Source of the DNA: a virus
Lineage: Duplodnaviria > Caudoviricetes
Length of the DNA: 64,000 nucleotides
Virus record (IMG/VR): IMGVR_UViG_3300042905_005059
Span: 9,279 to 73,278 of that record
Strand: one strand, 5' to 3'
The position numbers were made by a program, and so were the translations under genes. Each line of letters starts with the position of its first letter. The first letter of the stretch is position 1. Of the stretch, positions 1-9,688 are shown piece after piece. The notes under the pieces are model-generated. The model was given only the letters and a program-made list of their open reading frames with translations. It was not told where the DNA came from and searched no databases.

Positions 1-2
1 TT

Positions 3-641
3 ACTCCTTACTATGCAAAACTTGCTGGATCAGGAACTTACACTGGGATAAAAATCAACTCTTCTTTAAGTCATGCTAAATTTGGCGTAGAAACAACTTA
101 TACAAAAAACTACTCAAATTCAGGAATTTATTTGGCTTCTGGAGGATTAGTAAGGCAAGTAAGCATAACAGAAAATATAGCTTTGCCGACTAATAGATTC
201 TCTACTGTAAATATTCCCGGATCTTATAATCTTAGATCTAATACTTCGGCTCCATTAAAAACTCTTGGCAAAGAAGTTATTTATCAAACTAGACAGCTAG
301 GAGAAGGCGCTAAGAGTATTTCTTTAGACATCAAGGTAGATAGAAATATTTTGTACGCAGGATCAAGCCCCGGAGTAAATACAAATGTAGATAGCGTTTT
401 TGCAAAAATATATTATTTGCTTACTTCTGCTATGATAAATAAAAATACAAGCGGATATCTGGTTTCTGGAGCTAATCCTTTGCTGCTCTCTACCTTCACA
501 AAAATATTCAATGAAGGGTTCTCTTTTAAGATCGGAGATCTTACTTACTTCTTAGATAATTTAACATTGTCCGCGAATAATAACTACAATATTAAAGTAA
601 ATTTCTCTTACAAGTTTTTTGCTAAAAAGGAGGTTTTGTAA
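3..641 (+). CDS. Hypothetical virion-associated protein, 5' truncated by the window edge
   Basis: Frame is open from position 3 (TPYYAKLAGSGTYTG...) through the track TTG start at 132 to TAA at 641. S/T/N-rich like the downstream genes. Confidence 0.7.
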   Translation, partial: TPYYAKLAGSGTYTGIKINSSLSHAKFGVETTYTKNYSNSGIYLASGGLVRQVSITENIALPTNRFSTVNIPGSYNLRSNTSAPLKTLGKEVIYQTRQLGEGAKSISLDIKVDRNILYAGSSPGVNTNVDSVFAKIYYLLTSAMINKNTSGYLVSGANPLLLSTFTKIFNEGFSFKIGDLTYFLDNLTLSANNNYNIKVNFSYKFFAKKEVL

Positions 642-642
642 A

Positions 643-2511
643 ATGTCAGATGTAGAAATAAAATACAATAACAAAAGAGTCCCAGTTTCTGGATTTGGCC
701 CTACTCCTTATTTGTCTTTATCAGATGAAGTTATTAGCTATGGAAATAGATGGGGCTTAGTCCATAGGATAATCCTTAATGGAGTAATAACAGGAATAGA
801 CTATTCTGCGCTTTATACAGCTCAAACTGGGCTCATAGATATCTTTGCTAGTTCTTATAAGACCCTAACAGTTTATGAAGGCCCAGATGGCACTACTGGT
901 TATTATGATGGCTCAAATGGGTCTGCGGGATCTGCTGGCTCTTCAGCTTTGTATTCTGGAGCTTATAGTTTTTCTGGATGCTCTGTTGAAAGAGTGGTCT
1001 TCGATGATGCTCCATATAATAAAGTAGTTCCTTATACTGTAGAGCTTGTATCTTATCCATCTGGTTTAACTGGATATTTTTCTGGCACATATGGAGTTTT
1101 AAATCCAAGAGATGAGATAAGAATCTCAGAAGGCCAAGATGGATTTGGCACTATAAACCACTCAGTTGCAGCTTCAGCTTTTGTTACTACAACCATAGAT
1201 AATGCTATAAATAATGCAAAAAACTATGTCTATTCTAGGACTGGTGTATCAAATATAGTAAATTTGCCTCAAGCTTCTGGCATTGACACTTCTGGAGTCT
1301 TCACTCCTGTATTAGTTAGCATATCAGAAAATCTAGACAGACTTGCCTTAAATTATTCAGTAGAAGAGGTTTATAGTTTCAAATTATTCACTGGAGATAC
1401 CGAAGCGAATAATGGCTATAATTTTAACAACTATTATTTAACTTCTTATTCTACTAGCCTAAGCTCTGGCGCTGGAGATGATTTTGTTACGGCAAATATA
1501 CAAGGAGAAATAAAGGCTGGCATCACTGGAGCCACTGGAGAGGCTTTGATTTCTGATTTGGTATCTCAATTATCTGGCCTGAATCCTTACGCAGTAATAT
1601 CAGGAAAGTATGGAGAGCCAAATGGTTTTAAATTTTGCAAAGATCCAATCCAAATCTCTCTATCGGAAGACCTAAAAAGTAGAAAGATATCATTCAACGC
1701 TTCCTATGACAATCTAGAGTTTTATACTTCAGTTAATGATAAATTTGTATATGGAGGATGCTATTTAGACGCTCAGATAGAGCATTCCATAGACAATTTA
1801 AGCAGCATATCTACTATTCAAGTAAGAGGAGAAATCAAGGCTAGAGGATCAAGCACTAGAAGATACAATGACACATTAAACTATTTAGAAAAGCTAGTAA
1901 CAGCAGGAAGCAACGGATCTGAGCCAAGAATTTATGATTTTGTGAATGATTATTATGTTGATTATTTTGGAGCAAGTGCTTTGTTCTCTTTAAATGCTAC
2001 TCCAGTTTCGATGGAGATAAATGCAAATCCACAATTAGGAACAATATCTATAAATGCTGCATTTGATAATAAAGACAGATTCTTAGGCTTGGCTGTTTCT
2101 GATTATAGCATAGATTATAGTCCTTACAATACTCTTTACAGTTATGAGTCTTCTTGCAATGACTCTTTAAAACATCTAGTTGTAGACATGAATGTCAAGA
2201 GAAGAGAAAAGCTTTCTTTAAATACTACAGTAGCTAGTTATGGCGCTCAATCTTCTGAAATCTTATTGCTAGGAAACAAAGACACAATATTTACTAGTTT
2301 AGTGAATAACTTTGTCAAAAATCTAATCGCCTCTCCATCAGACTTAGATACGGTTCAAGAAGAAAGCTCTAATGTTACAGTATCTAATAGTTCTAGCGCC
2401 AACGTACTAAGAACAGATCTAAAATATGGATCTCAAATAAGCGCTAGTAAAACATTCTCATTTGAACTAAAAGACAGCGAAATCCCAAATAGAATAATCT
2501 TAAAAAACTAA
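643..2511 (+). CDS. Hypothetical virion structural protein
   Basis: Long ORF. ATG at 643 follows the upstream stop (TAA-A-ATG) and is preferred over 619. Beta-rich, S/T/Y/N-rich composition in a structural operon. Confidence 0.7.
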   Translation: MSDVEIKYNNKRVPVSGFGPTPYLSLSDEVISYGNRWGLVHRIILNGVITGIDYSALYTAQTGLIDIFASSYKTLTVYEGPDGTTGYYDGSNGSAGSAGSSALYSGAYSFSGCSVERVVFDDAPYNKVVPYTVELVSYPSGLTGYFSGTYGVLNPRDEIRISEGQDGFGTINHSVAASAFVTTTIDNAINNAKNYVYSRTGVSNIVNLPQASGIDTSGVFTPVLVSISENLDRLALNYSVEEVYSFKLFTGDTEANNGYNFNNYYLTSYSTSLSSGAGDDFVTANIQGEIKAGITGATGEALISDLVSQLSGLNPYAVISGKYGEPNGFKFCKDPIQISLSEDLKSRKISFNASYDNLEFYTSVNDKFVYGGCYLDAQIEHSIDNLSSISTIQVRGEIKARGSSTRRYNDTLNYLEKLVTAGSNGSEPRIYDFVNDYYVDYFGASALFSLNATPVSMEINANPQLGTISINAAFDNKDRFLGLAVSDYSIDYSPYNTLYSYESSCNDSLKHLVVDMNVKRREKLSLNTTVASYGAQSSEILLLGNKDTIFTSLVNNFVKNLIASPSDLDTVQEESSNVTVSNSSSANVLRTDLKYGSQISASKTFSFELKDSEIPNRIILKN

Positions 2512-2512
2512 C

Positions 2513-4294
2513 ATGAACGAAATAATAAAATCTGGATTTTTAGACACGATTTTCAGCAAGAGAGCTGACGTTCAAATTGATTACGATTTTAGATCTCCAT
2601 CTTACACTGGGATAAGCGACTCTAGTAGCAATACTGGATATGTTTTTTTTAATAATCAAACTGGCATAGCTAACCAATATTCTGGAGGAAAAATATACGA
2701 TACTAATAATCCAGCGTTAGCTTACTGCGATAATTCTACTATTCCATTATCTATTGTTAGTGGTGTTTTTAATTCAAACGCTAAATATAAAGTACTAGGA
2801 ACCGTTGCAGATGGAGATTGGACAGCTTTTGTAGTGTTTCAAAATTTAGATACTGGAGATAATGTAAATAGCAAAGTTTTATTCTCTTCTAAGACTGGAG
2901 ACGCTTCAGTTTCTGGTTTCGCCGTAGGAATAAATGGAGGAAATAGAGTTTTCTGTGAACACAATACTCCTCTTAGCGGGAAAAGAATATATACTTTAAA
3001 TCAAGAACTAGATAACAAAAATTTAGTTTCAGTTTCTAAGATTGACTCTAATTTATTTATAGGATTGCATCAGTTCGACGACTCTCTTAATAAAATATCT
3101 GCTGATAATAAATTTTCTTTAATAGACTATTCTTATTCGGATAAATTTTATTTAGGTGGACTTGGATTTTCTGGCCAAGCGTACAAAAATTTTAGTGGCA
3201 AAATGGATAGCTTTATGATGTTCAATGTGGGGCTAGGTTTTGCAGAAAGGAATACTTTTGCGAAATCTTTCTATTGCTCATCTTATCAAACTGGAGAATT
3301 TGTTACTTCATTAGAGACTTTCCAAGCTGTAACAGGAGTAGAGTTGCAAACAGTAGTTGTAGGAACAGGAGTAACAGGATATGTGGAGTACTTGGCTGGT
3401 ACAGAAGAAGTGGATGGAGGAACAATTAATAAATACGCGTACTCTGGAGTCACTGGATATATTTATGACACAGTTGCGGTAGAAATAACAGGAACAACAA
3501 CCGGACAATCTGAAATATTAACTTACAATAGGCCAAGCGGAATTTATGACTATGGATACATATCGACTTTCGCCAACTCTAAGATTGTATTATTAAATAA
3601 TTTTGACTCTTCAGCTAAAGAAGTTTATTCTTTTTCTGGCCGAAATAATGATGACTTAAATCTTATTCCCAACTATTCAATAAGTACGCTAAAGTATTCT
3701 ATATTAACTACCGGAAGCGGAGAAACTATAAATTTTTACGCCAATGGATTGGCTCAACCATATGTTAGTCAACTATCTCCTTCTATGAGTGGAGATTTTA
3801 CTGTTTCTGGTAATGCTATAGATACTGATGGATTTTTTGATATGTCAGATTTTCCAATTTACGACATCATCTACGGGACCACATCTATAACTGGAATAAC
3901 TACTGGAGATGTTTCTTCAGGAACTAAAACACTTTCTTCTTCTTACGTTAGCAATAGAGACTTATATTTAAATGGAAATAAATTGATTTCAGGAGTAAAC
4001 TACTCTGCGTCAGGAGCTTCTGTAATAATAACAACTTCAGATCTTATTGATGGCGATCTAATGTTGATGCCTAAACATAATCAAAATCTCGTAAGATATA
4101 CTGGATATAATGATAATAATTTTGACTCCAACATAAAATTGATAGACGAGCAGATTTGGGTCAATGGGTTAAGGCAAATTAAGCTATTAGATTACGAAAA
4201 GGTGGCTGATTTTAGCCTTAAGTATTCTACATTTTCTTTGGAGCCGCTATCTGATATCATTTATAATAATGACACGGGTTTTTTTAACGTGTAA
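2513..4294 (+). CDS. Virion protein with LamG/concanavalin-A-like domain
   Basis: WTAFVVF...LFSS...FAVGINGGN...FSGKMDSFMMFNVGL resembles a LamG jelly-roll. C-terminal LYLNGNKL and IWVNGLRQ motifs are typical of phage virion proteins. Confidence 0.55.
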   Translation: MNEIIKSGFLDTIFSKRADVQIDYDFRSPSYTGISDSSSNTGYVFFNNQTGIANQYSGGKIYDTNNPALAYCDNSTIPLSIVSGVFNSNAKYKVLGTVADGDWTAFVVFQNLDTGDNVNSKVLFSSKTGDASVSGFAVGINGGNRVFCEHNTPLSGKRIYTLNQELDNKNLVSVSKIDSNLFIGLHQFDDSLNKISADNKFSLIDYSYSDKFYLGGLGFSGQAYKNFSGKMDSFMMFNVGLGFAERNTFAKSFYCSSYQTGEFVTSLETFQAVTGVELQTVVVGTGVTGYVEYLAGTEEVDGGTINKYAYSGVTGYIYDTVAVEITGTTTGQSEILTYNRPSGIYDYGYISTFANSKIVLLNNFDSSAKEVYSFSGRNNDDLNLIPNYSISTLKYSILTTGSGETINFYANGLAQPYVSQLSPSMSGDFTVSGNAIDTDGFFDMSDFPIYDIIYGTTSITGITTGDVSSGTKTLSSSYVSNRDLYLNGNKLISGVNYSASGASVIITTSDLIDGDLMLMPKHNQNLVRYTGYNDNNFDSNIKLIDEQIWVNGLRQIKLLDYEKVADFSLKYSTFSLEPLSDIIYNNDTGFFNV

Positions 4295-4309
4295 TGTATC
4301 ATAAGGGAT

Positions 4310-7300
4310 ATGGCTCAAAGACAAGTACAAAATAATAGCAGCGTTAATATTTCTAGAACGCAGTATACGTCTTCTGGTGGCGTAGCTCAAGTGCAAAATT
4401 TAGGAAATAAGCTTTTCAATGGATATGTATATAACATGTCTCTTGACATAGGCTTTAATGGCCAACCAACTGGCCTAATCCTAAATTTAGCATTGAATAG
4501 AACGCTAAAAAATGTTAAAACAAATGACACTATAAATTCGAAAAGAAAAAGCGATATAGCTATTCTAAATTCTAATATAGCGTCAAAAAATCTATCTAAA
4601 GCTTCTGAATTGGCATCAAAAGGAAACGTAGGAACGCCAAGCATTATATCCCAAATAGTAGATAAAGATTTCCAGCTAGACGAGCAGTATATGGGAATCA
4701 ATACCAGTTATAACATTTCTATATTAGATGGAGATGGAAAATCTTGTTATGATTTAAAGAATTTTAGAATAGCTTCTTATTCGCTAAGCAAGAAAAATAA
4801 CGAAAAAATACTAACTGTCTCTTTTAAAGACGCTTCTTTTGTATTAAGTAAAATTTACGTAGGTATTCTGGGAGAAGAGGTGGCTGTTGATGAGAGATCA
4901 GAAAGACCAGCAATAATAGACAAATTGCAATTAAGCTGCCCAGCAGTAAATGGAGACTCCGGCGGCACAAGGACTATAAGAAATTTCAGCCAGCTATTAC
5001 ATTTCTCAGAAGAACAATTGGCCAATAAGCTTAATGTAGACAGAAATCTTGTAGACGTAATCGTAGACTCAAACAAAACAAAAGATAAGATTAATTACAT
5101 AATTTTAAAATCAAAAGATCAAAATAAAAGCGTAGTAAATGGATATGGCGCTGTAATCATATTAGGAGAAGAAGATTTTAAAGATAGCCCATGCGAATCT
5201 GCTGATGTTATTTATTCTTTTAAGTCTTTACTGGCTGCATTAAAAAATCCAGCGTTGGGAATAAGTATTTATTCTGAGCCATTGCCTCCCGGCGGAGTAC
5301 CCAAAGAAGGCGTAGACTACTACTCGCTACAAGATAAATCTAGAGGAAGAATAAAAAAGAAATATCATGGAACACTAAAAGACGTACTAAACCAATGGTG
5401 CGACGATTACTCTTTTGCTTATACTGTAGATTATACCGTAGGGAACTCGATATTAATAAAAGGAATAGACTTATCTAGCCCAGCGGCTAAAGAATCTGTT
5501 CTGAAAACTAAACTTAGTTTTGAGGATTTAGAAGCTCAAGACCAAAAAGATTTCGTTATTAAATCTCAAAATTTTGATTTTGACTTAAGCGAAAAAGTTT
5601 TAAAGCTATACTCTTCTTACTATTTCAAAGACGCCAAGACACAAGACCTTTCTTTTGAGCAGTCTTTAGGAGATAGAAATTTTTACGCCATAAATCTAAA
5701 TGAAATATTTCCTCAATTTTTTTCGAATTGGAGTTCTAATGGATTGGATTTTTGCGGAACAAAAAGAACATATAATCAAGTAATTACTTCTGCTGTTCTT
5801 GGAAAATACTCTCCTAGATTAAGGCAAATATACAACTATGGATTGGGAGCTTATCAGGCTTTAGGATTCGTTCCTTTGAAGAGTGATAATCCAAATAATC
5901 CATACTCTCAATTGCCTATAGCTGACAATACAAGCTTAATATTTCAAGAAGCTGTATCTAAAGTGCTAGAAGTACAAGCTGATTTGCTTTACGATAGTTT
6001 AACTGGTCAGCCTCTTTTAAATTTTAATCTAGGCTTTTTTAATGCGGAATTAGCCACTCAAGTAGAAAAAATAGAAAGCTTTATAGCTGAATTTATAGGC
6101 AAGCATTATTGGACAGATGAATTTTCATTCCAAGAAGGATCTATTGCAAACGAAAATTATTACGCAAAATACGAGATCACCACTGTCCCTCAAGTCCAAA
6201 AAGTATATTCAGATCAATTATATAAAATAGAAGCATTCCAGCAGGCTCAATATCTATTGAGTCAAATAAATAGCTTATTCTCAGGGACAGAAAGATACTA
6301 CGATGCTTACTCTGAGTTTAATAAATTGAGAACAGATGTGCGAAGAGCCTGCTCAGAAGCTTCTGTGTCTTATCAAAAATATATCAGTAATCTATCGGCT
6401 TCCAAAAATTTTAGATTCTACACCGCTAGACCAAACGCTTCTTATGGAGTTTTAGCTGAGCTTGTTAAAGAGATCCAATCTATAGAATACAGGATAGAAC
6501 CAAGCTCTGAGCTTTTCCAAATAGATTTGGCAGACATCTATACTCCAGTTTTTAAACAAATGTCTCCAGTTTCATTTGGAGCGTTGCAAACTGCATTACC
6601 AATCAATGTAACAAGCGTTCCATTATCTGATTATAAATTTGGGTTGATAGCTGGATTTAAATCTAATATTTTCACATTCCAAGAGATAGCGTTTCCAATT
6701 TATACTAACCCAATAGAATTTCAAAATTCAGTAAGAGAGAGATGCCAAGCCATAAGTGGGCAACTTGCTAAAGGAAATGAAAGAGTAATTAATTTAACAA
6801 AGAACGTATGCAATAAAACTGTTCTTTACACAACTTGTATTTTGCCGACCGAAGAAAAGTTAATCAAACAAAATAACTCTGCTGAATTGCAAGCAGCAAG
6901 CGGACCTGACCCATTCTCCTGCCAAAGACTTTTTATTAGAAGAGCAGTTCCAAGCCAAGCAATAATGCAATCTAATGTAACTAAATCTTTAATGTCTTCT
7001 AATGGGTTTATTACTTTAACTCCAACTAATCTTGGAAATATATTAATACAAAGCGTCAAGAATCCAAATCCAATTCGCTACACTTCGATGACGCCTATTA
7101 CGGAAACGATTACTCTGCCATCTCAAAGGACTTACAACATAAGACTTTTAAGCAAAACATCTTCTCAAATATATTTGCCTTTCCAAAATTACATAAGAGG
7201 AGGCTTGGAAGACGCTGGAGACATACAAAAAATAATAGAAAATGAAACTTTCTCATTAGATTTATTTGTTAACAATGTGACCTCAAACGTGAGAGAACTT

Positions 7301-7729
7301 TTTGCTGATCAGTCTCAGCCTGTATATACTTCATCTACATTCATAGATACCCAAATAAAAAACAAAACTCCATTCATTATGGATTATCAAGGCTACAATG
7401 ACACAGCAGATAGCCCCAAATACGAGTTTAAAACATTTGAGCAGTTCCATAATATTTTAAAATCTTACTATGACGATAGGAGCAACTCTTTGAGAGAGCC
7501 TGCCGTGTCTTATTCTAATGATATTTTTTGCGCTAAAATATCCACAGCGCTTAAAGAGTTATTGAATGTTAAGAATGGGCTTACGAAATTAAACATCACT
7601 ATTGGCGAAAGCGGATTGAATATTCAATGCGAATTCCAAAGCAGGCCCCCTAGATTAGACAAGTTAGAAACTTTAATATATAAAAATAGACCGAATATCA
7701 AACTCCAAAATACAAACCTATTTAAATAA
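4310..7729 (+). CDS. Large hypothetical virion (tail/baseplate-type) protein
   Basis: 1139-aa ORF in the coupled + strand operon; no domain recognised with confidence. Confidence 0.6.
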   Translation: MAQRQVQNNSSVNISRTQYTSSGGVAQVQNLGNKLFNGYVYNMSLDIGFNGQPTGLILNLALNRTLKNVKTNDTINSKRKSDIAILNSNIASKNLSKASELASKGNVGTPSIISQIVDKDFQLDEQYMGINTSYNISILDGDGKSCYDLKNFRIASYSLSKKNNEKILTVSFKDASFVLSKIYVGILGEEVAVDERSERPAIIDKLQLSCPAVNGDSGGTRTIRNFSQLLHFSEEQLANKLNVDRNLVDVIVDSNKTKDKINYIILKSKDQNKSVVNGYGAVIILGEEDFKDSPCESADVIYSFKSLLAALKNPALGISIYSEPLPPGGVPKEGVDYYSLQDKSRGRIKKKYHGTLKDVLNQWCDDYSFAYTVDYTVGNSILIKGIDLSSPAAKESVLKTKLSFEDLEAQDQKDFVIKSQNFDFDLSEKVLKLYSSYYFKDAKTQDLSFEQSLGDRNFYAINLNEIFPQFFSNWSSNGLDFCGTKRTYNQVITSAVLGKYSPRLRQIYNYGLGAYQALGFVPLKSDNPNNPYSQLPIADNTSLIFQEAVSKVLEVQADLLYDSLTGQPLLNFNLGFFNAELATQVEKIESFIAEFIGKHYWTDEFSFQEGSIANENYYAKYEITTVPQVQKVYSDQLYKIEAFQQAQYLLSQINSLFSGTERYYDAYSEFNKLRTDVRRACSEASVSYQKYISNLSASKNFRFYTARPNASYGVLAELVKEIQSIEYRIEPSSELFQIDLADIYTPVFKQMSPVSFGALQTALPINVTSVPLSDYKFGLIAGFKSNIFTFQEIAFPIYTNPIEFQNSVRERCQAISGQLAKGNERVINLTKNVCNKTVLYTTCILPTEEKLIKQNNSAELQAASGPDPFSCQRLFIRRAVPSQAIMQSNVTKSLMSSNGFITLTPTNLGNILIQSVKNPNPIRYTSMTPITETITLPSQRTYNIRLLSKTSSQIYLPFQNYIRGGLEDAGDIQKIIENETFSLDLFVNNVTSNVRELFADQSQPVYTSSTFIDTQIKNKTPFIMDYQGYNDTADSPKYEFKTFEQFHNILKSYYDDRSNSLREPAVSYSNDIFCAKISTALKELLNVKNGLTKLNITIGESGLNIQCEFQSRPPRLDKLETLIYKNRPNIKLQNTNLFK

Positions 7730-9108
7730 TGATTATTTCTGGAAATACTTTTAGAAAGGTTCTTAGAGACAACAAGTTTTCTTTTAACTTTGACGCTTCT
7801 TTTGATTCTTGCACTGGGGTATCAGAAATGGGATTTAGCGGCCAAGGCCAAACTTATAAATTTTCTTTTATCAGCGGAAAAATTTACGACAATGATGGAA
7901 GGTACTTCTTTTCTTACATTCCAAATGCTCAAGTAAATATAGAAAGTAATTTTTCTGGATCTTTTTATGATTATATAGTTAATAATGATAGAATTATTTT
8001 TTCTGGTTCTAAGAGTAATTTTTACGCAGAAAGATTCTATATAAATACAACAGGAGCTACAATTGACTCCACTTTGACTATTAGAGCGAATAAGCCTAGC
8101 TTAACTCTATCAACAAATCAAACTTTTATAACAGGTCTAGATATAACTGGATACTTATCAACAAGTTCTCCAAGTGGATTGCAAGTTTTATCAGGAGAGT
8201 TCGAAGATGGCTCTACTTTTTATTTTAAATCTTTCCCAACTGGATTCATAACGTCGACCTCTAGCGGGCAAGTATTAATTGGGCAAAATGTTACTGGCGT
8301 AGGAGCCTTTTTGTCGGATTATGCAATTCACACTTCTGCTGGAAGTTATGATAACTCTATTCAAATCTCAGGAGTAGAAGTACCTTATCTTAATTATACT
8401 TTTAACCTTGCAGATGGATTAGATACTTTAAATAGCGTATCAAATATTTTATTAGAAAGCGGAATAACTAAATATGGAGAAATTGAGCTTGATTATGGTT
8501 ACAATACTAATGATCTTACTCTTGTTCCAGCGTCTTTACCTTTAAATATTTCTTTGAGCTATAGCTCTGGAGTTACAGGGTATCTTGGGCAAATTACGGA
8601 TGTAAATATTATAGATGGCGGCAGCGGATATTTAAGCCCTCCCACTGTAATTTTTAGTGGTGGAGGTGGATCTTTAGCTTCTGGCACAGCAATTCTTGGC
8701 GTAACCAGCGTAGATTACGATAAGGTGATAGACATCCAAATGACATCTTATGGTTCTGGATATACATCTGCTCCAGCGGTAATTTTCTCAGGAGGAACTG
8801 GAATTATCAATAATCAACCATCAGCTAATGCTTCTGGGTTGGCTTTGACTTCTTTTTACACCAAGAGCTTTACAGGCTTTTTCGATTTATTTACTGGTTT
8901 AAATTATAATTATTCCAGTTATTCAGATAATAATTATATAAGCGGGTTAAACTATGTAAGAAATAATGTTTCCTTGTCTACTAATAGCAGCGTAAATATT
9001 AAAGTTTCTTATGATACGTCTTTTGATGAGTATCCATTAGTAGCAAAATTGTCAATCAGCGGCGCAAACAATAATATAATAGAAAGATATATAACAGGAT
9101 TAAAATAA
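7729..9108 (+). CDS. Virion protein with GGSGY-SAP-V repeats (baseplate-wedge-like)
   Basis: Two copies of (V/I)xxIxxxxxGSGYxSxPxVIFSGG, a module common in large myovirus baseplate/tail proteins. TAATG overlap with the upstream gene. Confidence 0.6.
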   Translation: MIISGNTFRKVLRDNKFSFNFDASFDSCTGVSEMGFSGQGQTYKFSFISGKIYDNDGRYFFSYIPNAQVNIESNFSGSFYDYIVNNDRIIFSGSKSNFYAERFYINTTGATIDSTLTIRANKPSLTLSTNQTFITGLDITGYLSTSSPSGLQVLSGEFEDGSTFYFKSFPTGFITSTSSGQVLIGQNVTGVGAFLSDYAIHTSAGSYDNSIQISGVEVPYLNYTFNLADGLDTLNSVSNILLESGITKYGEIELDYGYNTNDLTLVPASLPLNISLSYSSGVTGYLGQITDVNIIDGGSGYLSPPTVIFSGGGGSLASGTAILGVTSVDYDKVIDIQMTSYGSGYTSAPAVIFSGGTGIINNQPSANASGLALTSFYTKSFTGFFDLFTGLNYNYSSYSDNNYISGLNYVRNNVSLSTNSSVNIKVSYDTSFDEYPLVAKLSISGANNNIIERYITGLK

Positions 9109-9109
9109 T

Positions 9110-9685
9110 ATGCCAATCCCTACCTCTCAATTAAAAGGCGAAAATCCATTTCTTTATATTGCTTCTTATAATAAAAGCAAAACACAGACCGGTTTATCAA
9201 CCATAAAAAATCCAATACTTGACACTGCGGTTTTGAATCAAATAGGTCTTCAAGCTTACGCTGAATTTAAAGACGATTTTATAAATTATAAAAGCGGGCT
9301 AATACTTTGCGTTAATACTCATTTTGATTTAAACAAATTTTTTGCGACTTCCTCCTTGCCTAATTCTGGAAATTTAGGAATTGGAGCTTATAGCTCTTTG
9401 CCGAATAACGTTGTATTTACAGTGGTGACAATGCCTCAGCAGTTTATCAATAAAAAAGGCAGCTTAACAAAAGATTATGATTATGGAGAAAAATTAAGAG
9501 TATTAAGCTCTCAAGAAACCACAGGAAGCACAATATATCAAATACCAAATGCTTCAGCCTCTAGACAGGCTGTAACTAATAAATCTTTGGTCTCTTACAT
9601 AACTAGAAGAGATGCAAATATGATAGGCAGAAGTGTAAAAAGTCAATCTACAGGAGGCGGCGGAGGAGTAGGAGTATGGAGTTAA
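9110..9685 (+). CDS. Hypothetical protein
   Basis: 191-aa ORF with TAA-T-ATG coupling; ends GGGGGVGVWS. Confidence 0.65.
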   Translation: MPIPTSQLKGENPFLYIASYNKSKTQTGLSTIKNPILDTAVLNQIGLQAYAEFKDDFINYKSGLILCVNTHFDLNKFFATSSLPNSGNLGIGAYSSLPNNVVFTVVTMPQQFINKKGSLTKDYDYGEKLRVLSSQETTGSTIYQIPNASASRQAVTNKSLVSYITRRDANMIGRSVKSQSTGGGGGVGVWS

Positions 9686-9688
9686 TAT

